DNA of 64,000 nucleotides from the human T2T-CHM13v2.0 reference genome, Homo sapiens: NCBI GenBank assembly GCA_009914755.4, contig CP086569.2, positions 8,864,001 to 8,928,000 of the forward strand, read 5' to 3'. Shown piece by piece: positions 25,399 to 37,100 of this stretch (position 1 is its first letter; each line of letters starts with the position of its first letter). The notes under the pieces were generated by a model. It saw only the letters and a program-made list of their open reading frames with translations, ran no database searches and was not told where the DNA came from. The position numbers and the translations under genes were made by a program.

Positions 25399-28335
25399 TT
25401 ACACCATGGACGTAGGGGGCTGCATTCCAGTCCTTGATCCATATGGGATCACCTGGGGAGAAGTTGTGAACTGGGGAGAATAAACTAATTGGCCCCCTTC
25501 CATTTTCGCAGCCTGAAATTTTTGTGTAATTTTTCCTAGATCTTGTAGCTGTTGCTGTAACTTAACTTCACCTAACTCTCGAAGAGTGCCTGGGAGTCCC
25601 CATAATATGGGAGTGGGTCTATGATATAATATTTCATAAGGGGAATATCCTGTTCTTTTAGAAGGAGTACATCTTATCTTAAAGAATACCATACAGAGAG
25701 TCTGTAACAATCTCAATCCTGTTTCTGGACACACTTTCCCTCAGCTATTTATAATAGTTTGATTAATTCGTTCCACCTTTCTGGAACTCTAAGGTGAGTA
25801 AGTTGCATGTAGTTTCCACGTGATCCCCAATACCTTTGCTGTCTTCTGCACCAAGCCAGTCACAAACGCTGTCCGTTTATCTGAACCGATTCGTAGGGGC
25901 AGTCCAAATCTAGGAATAAGATCTCAAAGAAGCACACATGTTACTTCACGAGCTTTTTCAGTTTGTGTCGGATAAGCCTCTACCAGCTTAGAGTATGTAC
26001 ACACAAGAGCTAGTAAATATGTGTTACCTCCACAATTTGGCATCTCTGTGAAGTTCACCTGGAGATCTTCAAAGGGGGCTGCTCCATAAACTTGTATGCT
26101 GGGCAGAATTGCTGGACCCTCCCTCACATTTTGTTGTCAGCATAAAATACATCGCTATGCCATGGTTTTGGAAAGGACTGACAAATATGAGACGTAGAAG
26201 TACCAGCCTAACAATTTTTTAAGTGACTCCTGAACTAGAGGGGTAGTTTCATGCACAGCCAGTACAACTGTGGCTCCTAGCAGCTGTGGCATGGCTATTC
26301 TTCTGTCTGGTAACTGGATCCATCCCTCTTTTGCTGTTTGCTCTCCTTCTGCCTGAAAGAAGTCTTTCTCCTCTTTACAACAAGTAGGTACAAGGTCAGG
26401 TGTCTGAGGAAGCATGGGGGTTGAGACCAATGTCTGGTAGGGGTGGAGGCTGCTTTTTGAGCCTCTGAGTCAGCTCTGGAGTTCCCTAAAGCAACCACGG
26501 TAGAAGCTTGCTGGTGTCCCCTGAAATGCATGACTGACACATTTTGGGGTTTCCATACTGCTTCTAATAATTACAAGATTTATTGCTGATGATTTATGTC
26601 CTTTCCTCCAGAGACTAACAGCCCTTTTTCTTTATATAATGCTCCATGTACTTGGAGGGTTGAGAAAACATACCAAGAGTCAGTGTAAATGTTTTTAGTC
26701 TTACCTTCACTGAGTTTTCACACCCAAATTAAAGCAGTGATCTTGGCTTTCTGGGCTGAAGTACCCTATGGCAATAGTTTGGCCTCAGTGACAGCGTCCA
26801 GGGTTACCACTCCATATCCTGCATACCTCACTCCTTGTGGGTTGACAAAGCTGCTCCCACCCACATATACCTCCCAGTCCACTGATGCCCAAGGCTGTTC
26901 ATACACGTCAGGCTTGCTAAAGTAAGCTGAGTTCAACACCTCTACACAGTTATGCTCAATAGGGCTTTCTTATACAGGGAGCAAGGTGGCAAAATTCAGG
27001 TTGTTACAAACTTCATTGATTGTGCAGGGATTTTCACAGAGCAAGCTTTGTACTTGCTTAGGCTAGCATTCATTAGCCAATGATATCCTTTGGTATTCAG
27101 TAAAGTCACCACAGCATGTGGGGCCTTTATGTTCATGTTTTGCCCAAGAGTTAGTTTATCTGCTTCTTGTGCTATCAGGACAGTTGCTGCTAAGACCCTC
27201 AAACAAGAGGGCCAACCTTTAGAAACCCTGTCTAGTTTTTTAGAGAGGTAGGCCACTGGCCTCAGCCAGGACCCCACATTCTGAGTCAAAACCCCAACTG
27301 CCATTTTTTCTCTCACTGACACATATGGTGTAAATGGCTTTGTCAGGTCAGGCAGAACCAGAGCTGGAGCTGACATGAGTTTCTTTTTTAACTCATAAAA
27401 GGCTTGCTCTTGTTGGGACCCCCATTCAAAAGCTTCCTGGTCTCCCCCTTTGTAAACCCATACAGAAGCTTGGCTAGTACTGCAAAGTTTGCAATCCACA
27501 GTCTGCAGAACCCCCACATCTCCTAAGAATTTTCTCACTTGCCTTCTGGTCTTAGGCTCCAATAGGCTGCAGATGACTTGCTTTCTTTCTGACCCCAAGC
27601 TGTGTTCCCCCTGTTGGATAGTCAATCCCAGGTAGCTTACCTGCTGTCTTCAGATTTGAGCTTTCTTCTTGGACACCTTATACCCACACTCCTGCAGCTA
27701 CTGAAGGAGGGCCTCTGTCCCTCTGGCACACCCAACTGCCATGGGGTGAGCCTGCAGAAGATCATCAATGTGCTGGAACAAAATGCAGCATAGGTCTTTG
27801 GTGGGGGACTTTTTGAGGTCTCAAGCCAGCACCTCCAGAAGGTGGTGGGTGACTGCTTGAACCCTTGGAGAAGCAGGATTCAAGTGTACTGAGTGGTGAC
27901 ACCTAACCCCAGATCTTCCCTCCCACTGGAAGGCAAACAGTTTCTGGCTCTCAGGAGATAGTCTGATGCTAAAGAAGGTGTCCTTCAGGTCTAGACAAGT
28001 GAACCACCTGTCCTCAGCTGACAATAATCCAATAATGTGTATGGGTTAGGTACTGTTGGATGTAAAGTCACTGTAGTTTGACTGACCAAGCACAAGTCCT
28101 GTACTCGCCTGTAGTCCTCAGTCCCTGGCTTAGGAACAGGCAGGAGGGGAGTGTTCCATGGCGACTGACAAGGGACTATAATTCCAAAGGCTCTCAGACA
28201 TTTGAGATGAACCTCAAGAGCTTGTCTGGGGACTGGGCGCTGTCTTTGCCTGACCGGCTGGACCCCAAAATTAACTTCTATGAGTATGGTGGCTTGGTTG
28301 ACTGCCAGTCCTAGAGGTTTATCTTCTGCCCACAC
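25399..28335 (-). pseudogene. Gammaretroviral pol (RT-RNaseH-IN), broken into several ORFs
   Basis: ORF 27991-28335 reads ...PLLPVPKPGTEDYRRVQDLCLVSQTTVTLHPTVPNPYTLL (RT N-terminus). ORF 26996-27625 reads LVLPDLTKPFTPYV...GSWLRPVAYLSKKLDRVSKGWPSCLRVLAATVLIAQEADKLTLGQNMNIKAPHAV (RT/RNaseH). ORF 25399-25734 reads ...GYSPYEILYHRPTPIL (IN C-terminus). Confidence 0.85.
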
Positions 28336-28341
28336 ACTTGG

Positions 28342-28650
28342 CTACCACTTAGCCAGAGCTGGTCCTATCTCTTTGCCTGACTTACTTAAGAAAAGTCTCC
28401 ATTCCTCCTCCCAGGGTACCATAAGGGCCATAATGAACAGGGATTCATGTCCCCCTACAGTACAAGTCTGGGGCAAGCAGAAAACTTGTTTCTCTGAGAC
28501 TCCTGTGGCTCTGAATATATCAATAGTATTTTTGGATAAAGGGGTGACCGGGGTGGTTACTACTGAATGTTCCACACCAGTATTGACAAGAAACTTTGCC
28601 CCTGACTGTCATACTGACTGTGGGCTCATAGGGAGCACCTGAGCCCAGTT
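28342..28650 (-). pseudogene. Gammaretroviral protease region (assigned by position and weak similarity)
   Basis: ORF 28342-28575 lies between gag CA/NC and the RT start. No clean DTG/DSG motif was verified. Confidence 0.35.
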
Positions 28651-28899
28651 CCCCTCAGTCCAGTAACTCTTCTGCCAAATTAAACAAGGCCACTTCATCC
28701 TTGCTTGAGACCTCTGGCTCAGAGCCATTTTGTTTCTCTTTTAACTGGGGGCACTTGTCTTTCCAATGCCCTATTTCTTTACAGTATGCACACTTGTTAT
28801 GCTGCAGGTGCGGTTGGTCAAACTGGGTGTTTTTTTCCCAGGGCCTTCCCTTCTTTGGCCCTTTGGGTGAAACCCTCTAATAGCTGTGACTAGGAGGTC

Positions 28900-30279
28900 A
28901 GCCTTTCACCTGGCTTGGTGCTTGCTTTCTTTGCAGCTTTCTCTATGGCCTGCTGCATCTCTATTCACAAACCCTGATTGGCTATTTCCAATAACAGTGA
29001 TGTGTTTATGCCCTCAAACCTAGCCTGTTTCTGAAGTTTTCTTATAATGTCTCCTGTGCTTTGATGACCAAAAGCCATGTTAATCATGCTTTAATTTTCA
29101 GGGCTTTCAAGGTCAAACGGTGTATACTTACAATAGGCCTCAAAGTCTTTCATGAAATTGTGCTGGACTCCCTTCTTTTCCTTGAATGACCTCAGACACT
29201 TTGTTAACATTTCTGGCCTTCTGAGCTCCCTTCTTTAACCCTTCCAGGATGCCTTCCCTATATTGCTTTAGCCCTTCTATACCTTTCCCTTCATTTGGGT
29301 CGACTTGGGGTTTGTTTCTGGTACTTGGATCCTCACATACTCCTGCGGATTTTGGTAACTGGCCAGAGCATGTCACTCCAGCCACTTGGTTGCTGTCTGA
29401 AACTCCCTTCGCCTTTCATCTGTGTTAAGGAGGTACATAAGCAGCTGGCAGCAATTGGCCCAAGTAGGGTTGTGGGTGTGGATAATAGTTTGGAGTAAAT
29501 CAATTAAAGTTTGAGGCTATTCAGTATAAAATGGGGTATTATTTTTCCAATTTAGGAGTTCAGCAGATGTAATGGGTTGATACATGAAGGCACGCCTTTT
29601 CAACATATGCCCATCCTCCTTTACCACACTACACTGCTGCTTCCGCATGGGAATTTGAATCCCAGCCTTAGGTCATCAGTGAACTGCCAAGGGTGGGGTT
29701 TCTCCCACGGCTTCACATCCTCTCTTGTCTACTCTGGTGGCATAGGGGTGGGTGTGTGTCCTGCAGAGGCACAGGTGCTGTGGGCTCAGGAGTAGGGAGT
29801 CTCTCTTCTTGATAAGGTTGGGGGCATCGTTGGTGCCATTTCCTGCCATGAGTCTTCTCATATTGGGTCAGACAGAACTTTAGGAGCTGACTTCCTTCAG
29901 CGGGTGGAGTTGGATGCTTCCTTGGCTATCTGTCTTTTTGCCACTAGCACTGCTGCTGCTGTCTGTCCTCTTCACCACTGTGCAGGGGGTCTAAAACCAG
30001 CTATAACCAAGTGTCTATGTATGGGAACTGGTCTGGGTGCCCTGGCTTACAGATTATCTTGTGCCATTGCTTTAAAACAAGGGACCTATCTAGGCTTCCT
30101 TCTGATAGCCAACCCACTTCAAACGCTGGCCAGTCTATCTCACACAAAGTTCTAAGTTTCCCTGGTGTCATAGTAACTCCATAGTTTCCTTTAAATCTCT
30201 TCTTGAAATTTTTCAACATATTTCCTAGCAAGTTGGACTTACTTTGTGTCTGATTCATTTTTCTCCCAAGAAAAGACAA
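28900..30279 (-). pseudogene. Gammaretroviral gag (MA, p12-like, CA), interrupted
   Basis: ORF 30001-30279 is MA (see the provirus entry). ORF 29140-29385 reads ...GIEGLKQYREGILEGLKKGAQKARNVNKVSEVIQGKEGSPAQFHERL, which is MLV-CA-like. Confidence 0.8.
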
Positions 30280-30694
30280 TACTCACACTGCAAGAAGGAA
30301 AGGGTAAAGGTCACACACTCTTATTCAAACTAAATCAAGTAATTCAATCCAAGTCAAAACCTAAACCTAAACCAAAGTGCTGAGAAAGGCATGCCGTGGG
30401 TATCAGGCCATGCTTCCACTTGGAGTAGGCAAGTTCCCAAGACCAGCCATACCATGTTCCAGATGTCCAGACTCCAAGTACCAGTTCCTTCCTGGTGTAC
30501 AGCCACTACATCGATCCTTTGTGGGAGCCTGCTGTGTACTGCTCTAGTGAGGCATTCCACTGGGGCTATTGCCTACCCTGGAGCTCTCTCAGGATCCACA
30601 TCACTCAAGCTGGATGGAGTCCTCCTCAAGGATGCTCCACAAGGCAGACCTAAGCCACCTAATGGGCTGCCTCAACCTTATGCTAATCACGTTA

Positions 30695-30712
30695 CTTCCA
30701 GTCAAGGAACTG
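30695..30712 (-). promoter_or_regulatory. Primer-binding site, degraded tRNA-Glu type (minus strand CAGTTCCTTGACTGGAAG vs canonical TGGTTCCCTGACCGGGAA)
   Basis: Lies 5 nt 3' of the minus-strand end of the 5' LTR (...CCTGCTACA). About 14 of 18 positions match the Glu PBS. Confidence 0.5.
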
Positions 30713-30717
30713 AAAAA

Positions 30718-31167
30718 TGTAGCAGGAGCAGCCATGGACAATACCATTCAGACACCAGCTTAAAGAAGGAAGTGGCTTTATTTGGCTAGGAGCATTAGCA
30801 GACTTGTGACTCAAAAACTGAGCTCCCTGAGAGAGAGATCCCTGCAGCTTTTAAAGCTTACAAATCTAGGGGATCCATGTGAAAGTGTCATGATCAATTG
30901 AGCAAGCATCGGTATGTGGCTGGGCTGCATGGATCAGTAACCAGGACAGAATAGAACAGAACAGAAAGTTTGACAATGCTTCATCACACAATGTCTGGGA
31001 TCTATAGATAATACAAGTGGTTAGGTCAGGGTTGATTTTTAAGTACCAGGCCTGGAGTGTGGTGCCAGCTTTCTGACTATTGATCTCATTTCTGCCTTTC
31101 TTTAGTTTTTACTTCCTCTTTCTTTTTCTGATTTATGAGACAATAAGAGAGGTGGCATCTTTCCTCA
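30718..31167 (-). mobile_element. 5' LTR of the HERV-E-like provirus
   Basis: Aligns to 22569-23060. Its high-coordinate edge abuts satellite sequence that resumes at cctgaacactgggccatgatgtggactgc. Confidence 0.75.
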
Positions 31168-34100
31168 CCACCTGAACACTGGGCCATGATGTGGACTGCT
31201 TGTACAGTTAAGGAAATGCAGGGATGGAGTTGGAAGCACCTTCTGTGTCATTTCTCTTCCAGGTAAAGTTGTGGGACCTAATACACCCCTCACCAGATTG
31301 TATCCTCACCACTATCTGACTTTATTGCTGCTTACACTCTAGGTCCCAGGATGAAATCCCAGGATGATGGAGTGCCCCCTCATGACTTGAAGCACCTGCT
31401 TGGCTGGGAACTGAATTCGAGGTAAATTCAAGGGGCCCTGTGGACAATACTGCTAGTGTCTGTCCCTGGGTTGGCTGCAAGACAATGAAACAATGGGAGA
31501 TGTTTGTTTTTTTGTTGCGGATTTTATTTTTTTGCAGTGTTAGGTAATTAGGATGCCAGAGGTTCTTGGACCCTATCCCAATTCACTGAGGATTTATGAT
31601 CCACAGAAAAAAAAAAGAGAAAAGAGAAAAAACATGGAACTCCGCAGCCCAAGCAGAGTCACACATATAGGCTACCAGAATGTTAGGACACTCAAAACAA
31701 TAAAGCCATGAAGTGTGTTAGCCACATTTCTTTAAGTAGACTTCACTTGCAGGTGCACACATACATACACACCCACACACACACAAATGCCACACAAACA
31801 CATGCAGATATCCAAAAGTCACAACACTCTAACAGAAACACACAGCCCAGCAGATCCTGAAGCTGTGTGGTTCTTCAGGAAGCCCCACCTGAGAGAGAGC
31901 AACTCCAGTGAACACAGGTGGGCTGTACCTAGAAATAACAGTGGGGCAAGTTACAAAAAGACTTACCCCTACAACGTCTAGGCAGGACTGACAAATCCTG
32001 CAGATACTTTTGGATCCTTAGGGATTTTGCAGTTTTTTCTTGGGGCTGTGCTTGAACTTTTTTTTTTTTTTTTTTTTTTGGTTGGCTCACCTCTGCCATC
32101 TCCTAGATTCATCAGACTATCCCATGGATCCCACAGAAAAGACAAGCGACAGTCCACCACCAACGAACCTCCATGGAGTTCTCCTTCTCCACCCAGCCAC
32201 AGGGACTTTTGTCTAAGCAATGGTGACATTCATTGTGACACCAGCCAGAGCTCACAATCAGGCATGATGCCCTGAGACATGCTCATTCCCATTCATGAGG
32301 CAGGCACAAGTGCCTGACTATCAGAACTGTCAGCCTGCCTATACAGAGAAAAATGGTACAGGCAGAGACAGCCTGGTATTGGGAAAAAGGCTGTCTGCAA
32401 AAACCCACTGTGGGACCCTAAGAGTCTCAACCTCAAAGCATGTTCAGGCTTTCTCCGTGGTCAGGTCCCCCTGGAGATGGATGTGCTTCAAAACCATGAG
32501 GTGGTCCCTGGAAACTGCATTTCTCACTCTTTCTCTGAAAGAGGCTGTATTCCAGAATCAGGTCCCGTGAAGTTTGGAATATATTCTGGTGTATTTTTGA
32601 GGGTTCTTTCGGTGATAGAATCATACCTGAAACCCCAGAGGCAGGTGTCTATAAAAGACGGACAGGCTCTTGACTTCACTGCCTCCCTTCATCCTCGGCC
32701 TTGCAGGAGCTCTCTGGGGAAGGCAGGAACCACAACAAAGGCAAGTCCAAGATGGAGCAGTGTTCTCACATCTTGCACTGACCTCTCATGGGTGTAGATG
32801 AGGTTGAGACAGTATCTCAGAGGCCATCTGTGGTGATGGCAAGCCTGAAAACTATGTCCAGTAGTTCTGTTGAGAGGCACTGTGGATTCCTGATGAAAGC
32901 AGGGAAAAATCCAAGACTCATCTGAGAGAATGAGCTGCCTTGTGCTGGAGTTGAAGCAATGTTCAATGATTCCTGTCAGAGGACCCAATAGCCTCCTGCA
33001 AAGTGCAAACAACCTCAGACCCCACAATGAGACAAGGACCACCTGAAACATGGAGTGCAGCCAGCCTACCCAAAGTCCCTTTTGCTCTTTGAAATCCCTG
33101 GCAGCAAAATAATATGTGGCAAGAGGCAGTCCCATCCAGCAACAGCCCAATGAAAGAGCTCGTCCACAATGAGAAGGCCTTGCAGAAGACCCATCCCGTC
33201 CAACATCAAGCTATACCATTTCCATTTGTCTCTGGGTATGAAACCCCTGAAATCAAGAGTTTGCCAGGATAGCCCAAACCTACACTCCAAATGTTCCTTG
33301 AACGTTGGAGTACTCCCACGTGAACATCGAGCCATGGTGTGGGCTGCTTGTGCAATTAAGTGAATGTGGGTATGGAGTTGGAAGCACCTTCTGTGTCATC
33401 TGCATTCATTTTTTGTGTGTGTGTGGGTAAAGTTCCGCGACCCCATCCATCCCTAGCCAGATTTTGTCCTCACTCCTATCTGATCTTATTGCTGCTCACA
33501 CTCTATGTCCCAGGATGAAATCCCGAGATGATGGAGGAGTGCCCCCTCCCAACTTGAAGCACCTGCTCAGCTGGGAACAGAATTCTAGGTAAATTCAAGG
33601 GGCCCTGCAGACAGGACTGCTAGTGTCTCTCTCGGGCTTGGCCACAGGTAAATGAAACATGGCGGGAGATGTCTACTTCTGTGTGAAGAGGAGTGGCTTT
33701 TATTGCAGGGGTAGGTGATTTGGACCCTGTCAGGTCACAGCCAGCCTCCCAATTCACTGAGGATTCTTTATCCACAAAAAAATAAAGACCACAGAGCCAC
33801 AGAGTCCAGGTAGAGCCACATAGATAGGCCACCAAAAGATGGGAAGACTCAAACAAAAGATGCACTACAGAGTGTTAGCCACATTCATTTAAGCGGACTC
33901 CACTAACACACACACTCACACACAAAGGCAAAGCCACACACATAAGCAGACATCCAACACTCACAACAATCCCACAGAAACACACACCCAGACAGCTTCT
34001 GAGGCTTCATGGTTCTGCAGAAAGCCCCACCAAGGAGAGAGCAACCACAGGGTACACAGGTGGTCTGTTCCTCGAAATCACATTGGGGCAAGTTTCTAAA

Positions 34101-37100
34101 GGACTCACTCCTACAACGTCTAGGCAGGCCTGAGGCATCCTACAGATATACTTGGATCCTTAGGAATTTCACTGTTTATCCCTGGGGCTTTGCTTGACTT
34201 TTCGTCAGGCTGGCTCACGTCTGCCCTCTCCTAGGATCATGGGACTATCCCGTGATCCCACAGAGAAAACAGCCAGAGTCCACCGCCTACGCACCTCCAC
34301 GGAGGTCTCCTTCTCCACCAAGCCACAGGGACTTGCTGCTATGCAACGATGGCATTCACTGTGATGCTAGACAAAGCTCACAGCTTAGGCCTCGTAGCTT
34401 GAGAAGAGCGCATGCGCATTCGCGAGGCAGGAGCGGGCGCCCAACTTTCAGATCTGTGAGCCTTCCTAAGCAGAGGAAAATGGTACAGGCAGAGCCAGCC
34501 TAGTATCGGGAGAAAGGCTTTCTGCGATAACCCACTGCGGGACCCTGTAAGTCTCGACCTTAGGGCCCCATCGGGCCATTTTTGTGGCCTGGTCTGGCTG
34601 GAGAAGGAGGAATTTTGAGACTGTGTGGTGATCGCCGGATGCTGCTCTTCTGACTCTATTCCCAAAAGAGACTCTGTGCAAGAATTGGTTCCCATGGGGT
34701 TTGGAATATAATCTGGTGAGTTGTTCAGGGTTCTTTTTGATTGACAGAATCATACCTGAGACCACAGAGGCATTGTCAGCGAAAGTTAGCCACGCCCTTT
34801 ACCTCACATCCTCCCTTCACTCTGAACCTTGCAAGGGCTCTCTGGGAAAGGCAGGGACCATGGCAAAGGAAAGTCCAAGGTGGAGCAGTGTTCTCACACC
34901 TCAAAGTGGGTGCTCACAGGTGCAGAGGAGGTTGAGACAGTGTCTCAGAGACCATTTGTTGCCATTGCAAGCCTGAAAAGGGTGTCCAGTAGTGTTGTTG
35001 AAAGTCAGTGTGGACCCACCATGACAGCAAAGAAAAATCAAAACTCACCTGAGAGAAGGAGCTGACTTGTGCTGGAGTCCAAGCAGTGATCAAAGATTCC
35101 TGTCAGAGGACCCAAATCCTCTTGCAAAGTGCAAACAAAGTCAGTCCCCACAAAGAGACCAGGATCCACACTCTAGAGTGCAGCCAGCCTATCCGACTTC
35201 CCTTTTGCTCCCTGAAATCCCTGGAAGCCAAGAGATCTGTGGAGAGAGGCAGTTGCATCCAGCCACAGTCCAATGAAATACTTCCTCCACAATGAGAAAG
35301 GACATGCAGACACAATGAAACACAGCTTAGATTACCAAACAAAAGCCAGACATGCCTGCCTGCTTCTCATCCTACAGGAATCATGCAGCCCTCCAACAGA
35401 AGTGGGAGAAAAAGAGTTTCTTTTATGGCATATGTAATGCTGACTTATGGTTTTAAATGTATCAAAGGAGCCCAGTCATTAAAATGTGACAGTGTTTAGA
35501 AGGAAACATGCAATGAATTCCAGTGAGGGTCATCCTCCATGAATGGGGAAATGTTTAGTGTGTAAGACCTTAGCCAGACCCAGGAAAACCTAGGCCGACA
35601 GGGAACATGGAAGACAGGAAAGGAAGAGGCAAGTATGGAGGCTATATCCCACCCAGCGTCAATGCATCTCACTCCCATTTGGCTATGGGAATGAAAGCCC
35701 TCAAATCAGGAGTTTGACAGGATGGCCTCAGTTTGCACACCAAATGTTCCCTGCACGTTGGAGTACTCCCAGGTGAACACAGGGTCATGGTGCACACTGC
35801 TGGTGCAATTAAGGGAATGCAGAGATGCATTTGGAAGCACTGTCCATGTCCTCTGTCTTCACCTTTTTTGCAGGTGAAGTTGCAGGACCCCGTCCACCCC
35901 TCACCAGATTGTATGCTCACCCCTATGTGAACTTACGGCTGCTCACACTCTCTGTTTCAGAATGAAATCCCAAGACAATGGAGGAGTTTCCCCTAATGAC
36001 GTTAAGCACCTGCTTGGCTGGGAAATGAATTGGAGGTAAATTCAAGGGGTCCTGTGGACAAGACTGCTAGTGTCCCTCCCTGGGTTGGCCACAGGACAAT
36101 GAAACACTGGGAGGCGTCAATTCCTGGGTATGACGTGCCCCTCTTCTTTCCAGAAGAGTACCTTTTTCTTTTTTGGCAGGGGGAGGTAGTTTGGCCTCCG
36201 GCGGGTCTCAACCAGACTCCCAATTCGCTGCAGATTCACGATCCACAGAAGAATAAAGAACACAGAGACCCACAGTCCAAGCAGAGCCACAGACACACAG
36301 GCGACCAGAATGTTGAGTTACTGAAAAAAAAGAAGCACTGCAATGTGTTAGCCACACTACTATAAGCAGACTCCACTTACAGGCATGCACACCCACACAT
36401 ACACCCACAAATACACAAAGCCACACAGGCAAGCAGACATCCAACACTTGCAACACTCCAACAGAAACACAGCCCAGCAGCTCCTGAGGCTAAGTGGTTC
36501 TTCAGGAAGCCCCACCTGGGAGAGAGCAACCCCGGGGAACACAGGTGGGCTGTACCTAGTAATCACTGTGGGACGAGTTTCAAAAATACTCACCCCTACA
36601 ACGTCTAATTAGGCCTGAGGCATCCTGCAGATCCTTATGGATCTGTAGGGATTTCACAGTTCCTTCCTGGGGTTCTGCTTGATGTTTCTTCAGGCTGACT
36701 CACATCTACTCACTCCTAGAATCATGGGACTGTCCTGTGGATCTCTGAGACAAGACAGGCAAGATTCCACCGCCAACACACCTCCAGGGAGTTCTCCTTC
36801 TCTGCCAAGCCACAGGGACTTGTCACTAGGCAATGGTGGCATTCACTGTGAAGCTAGCAATAGCTCCCTTCTCAGGTCTGGTACTTTGAGGCTATCATAT
36901 GCGCATTCGTGAGGCAGGCTTGGATGCCTGGCTGTCAGAGCTGTCAGGCTGCCTAAGCAGATGAAAATGGTACAGGCAGAGCTAGACTGGTACTGAGAAA
37001 AAGGCTGTCTGTGATAACCTACTGCAGGAACCTAAGAGTCTTGACCTTATTGCCCCTTTGGGTCATCTCGCTGGTCAGGTCCCGGTGGAGGAGGAGGTAT

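Larger units (their letters stand above)
22569..31167 (-). mobile_element. HERV-E-like (class I, gammaretrovirus-like) full-length provirus, LTR-gag-pro-pol-env-LTR, with 4-bp TSD CCAT/CCAC
   Basis: LTRs at 22569-23060 and 30718-31167 are alignable but clearly diverged (rough eyeball ~15-20%). MA reads MNQTQSKSNLLGNMLKNFKKRFKGNYGVTMTPGKLRTLCEIDWPAFEVGW...PGHPDQFPYIDTWL. The RT, IN and CA motifs are MLV-like. The PBS is tRNA-Glu-like. Confidence 0.8.
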
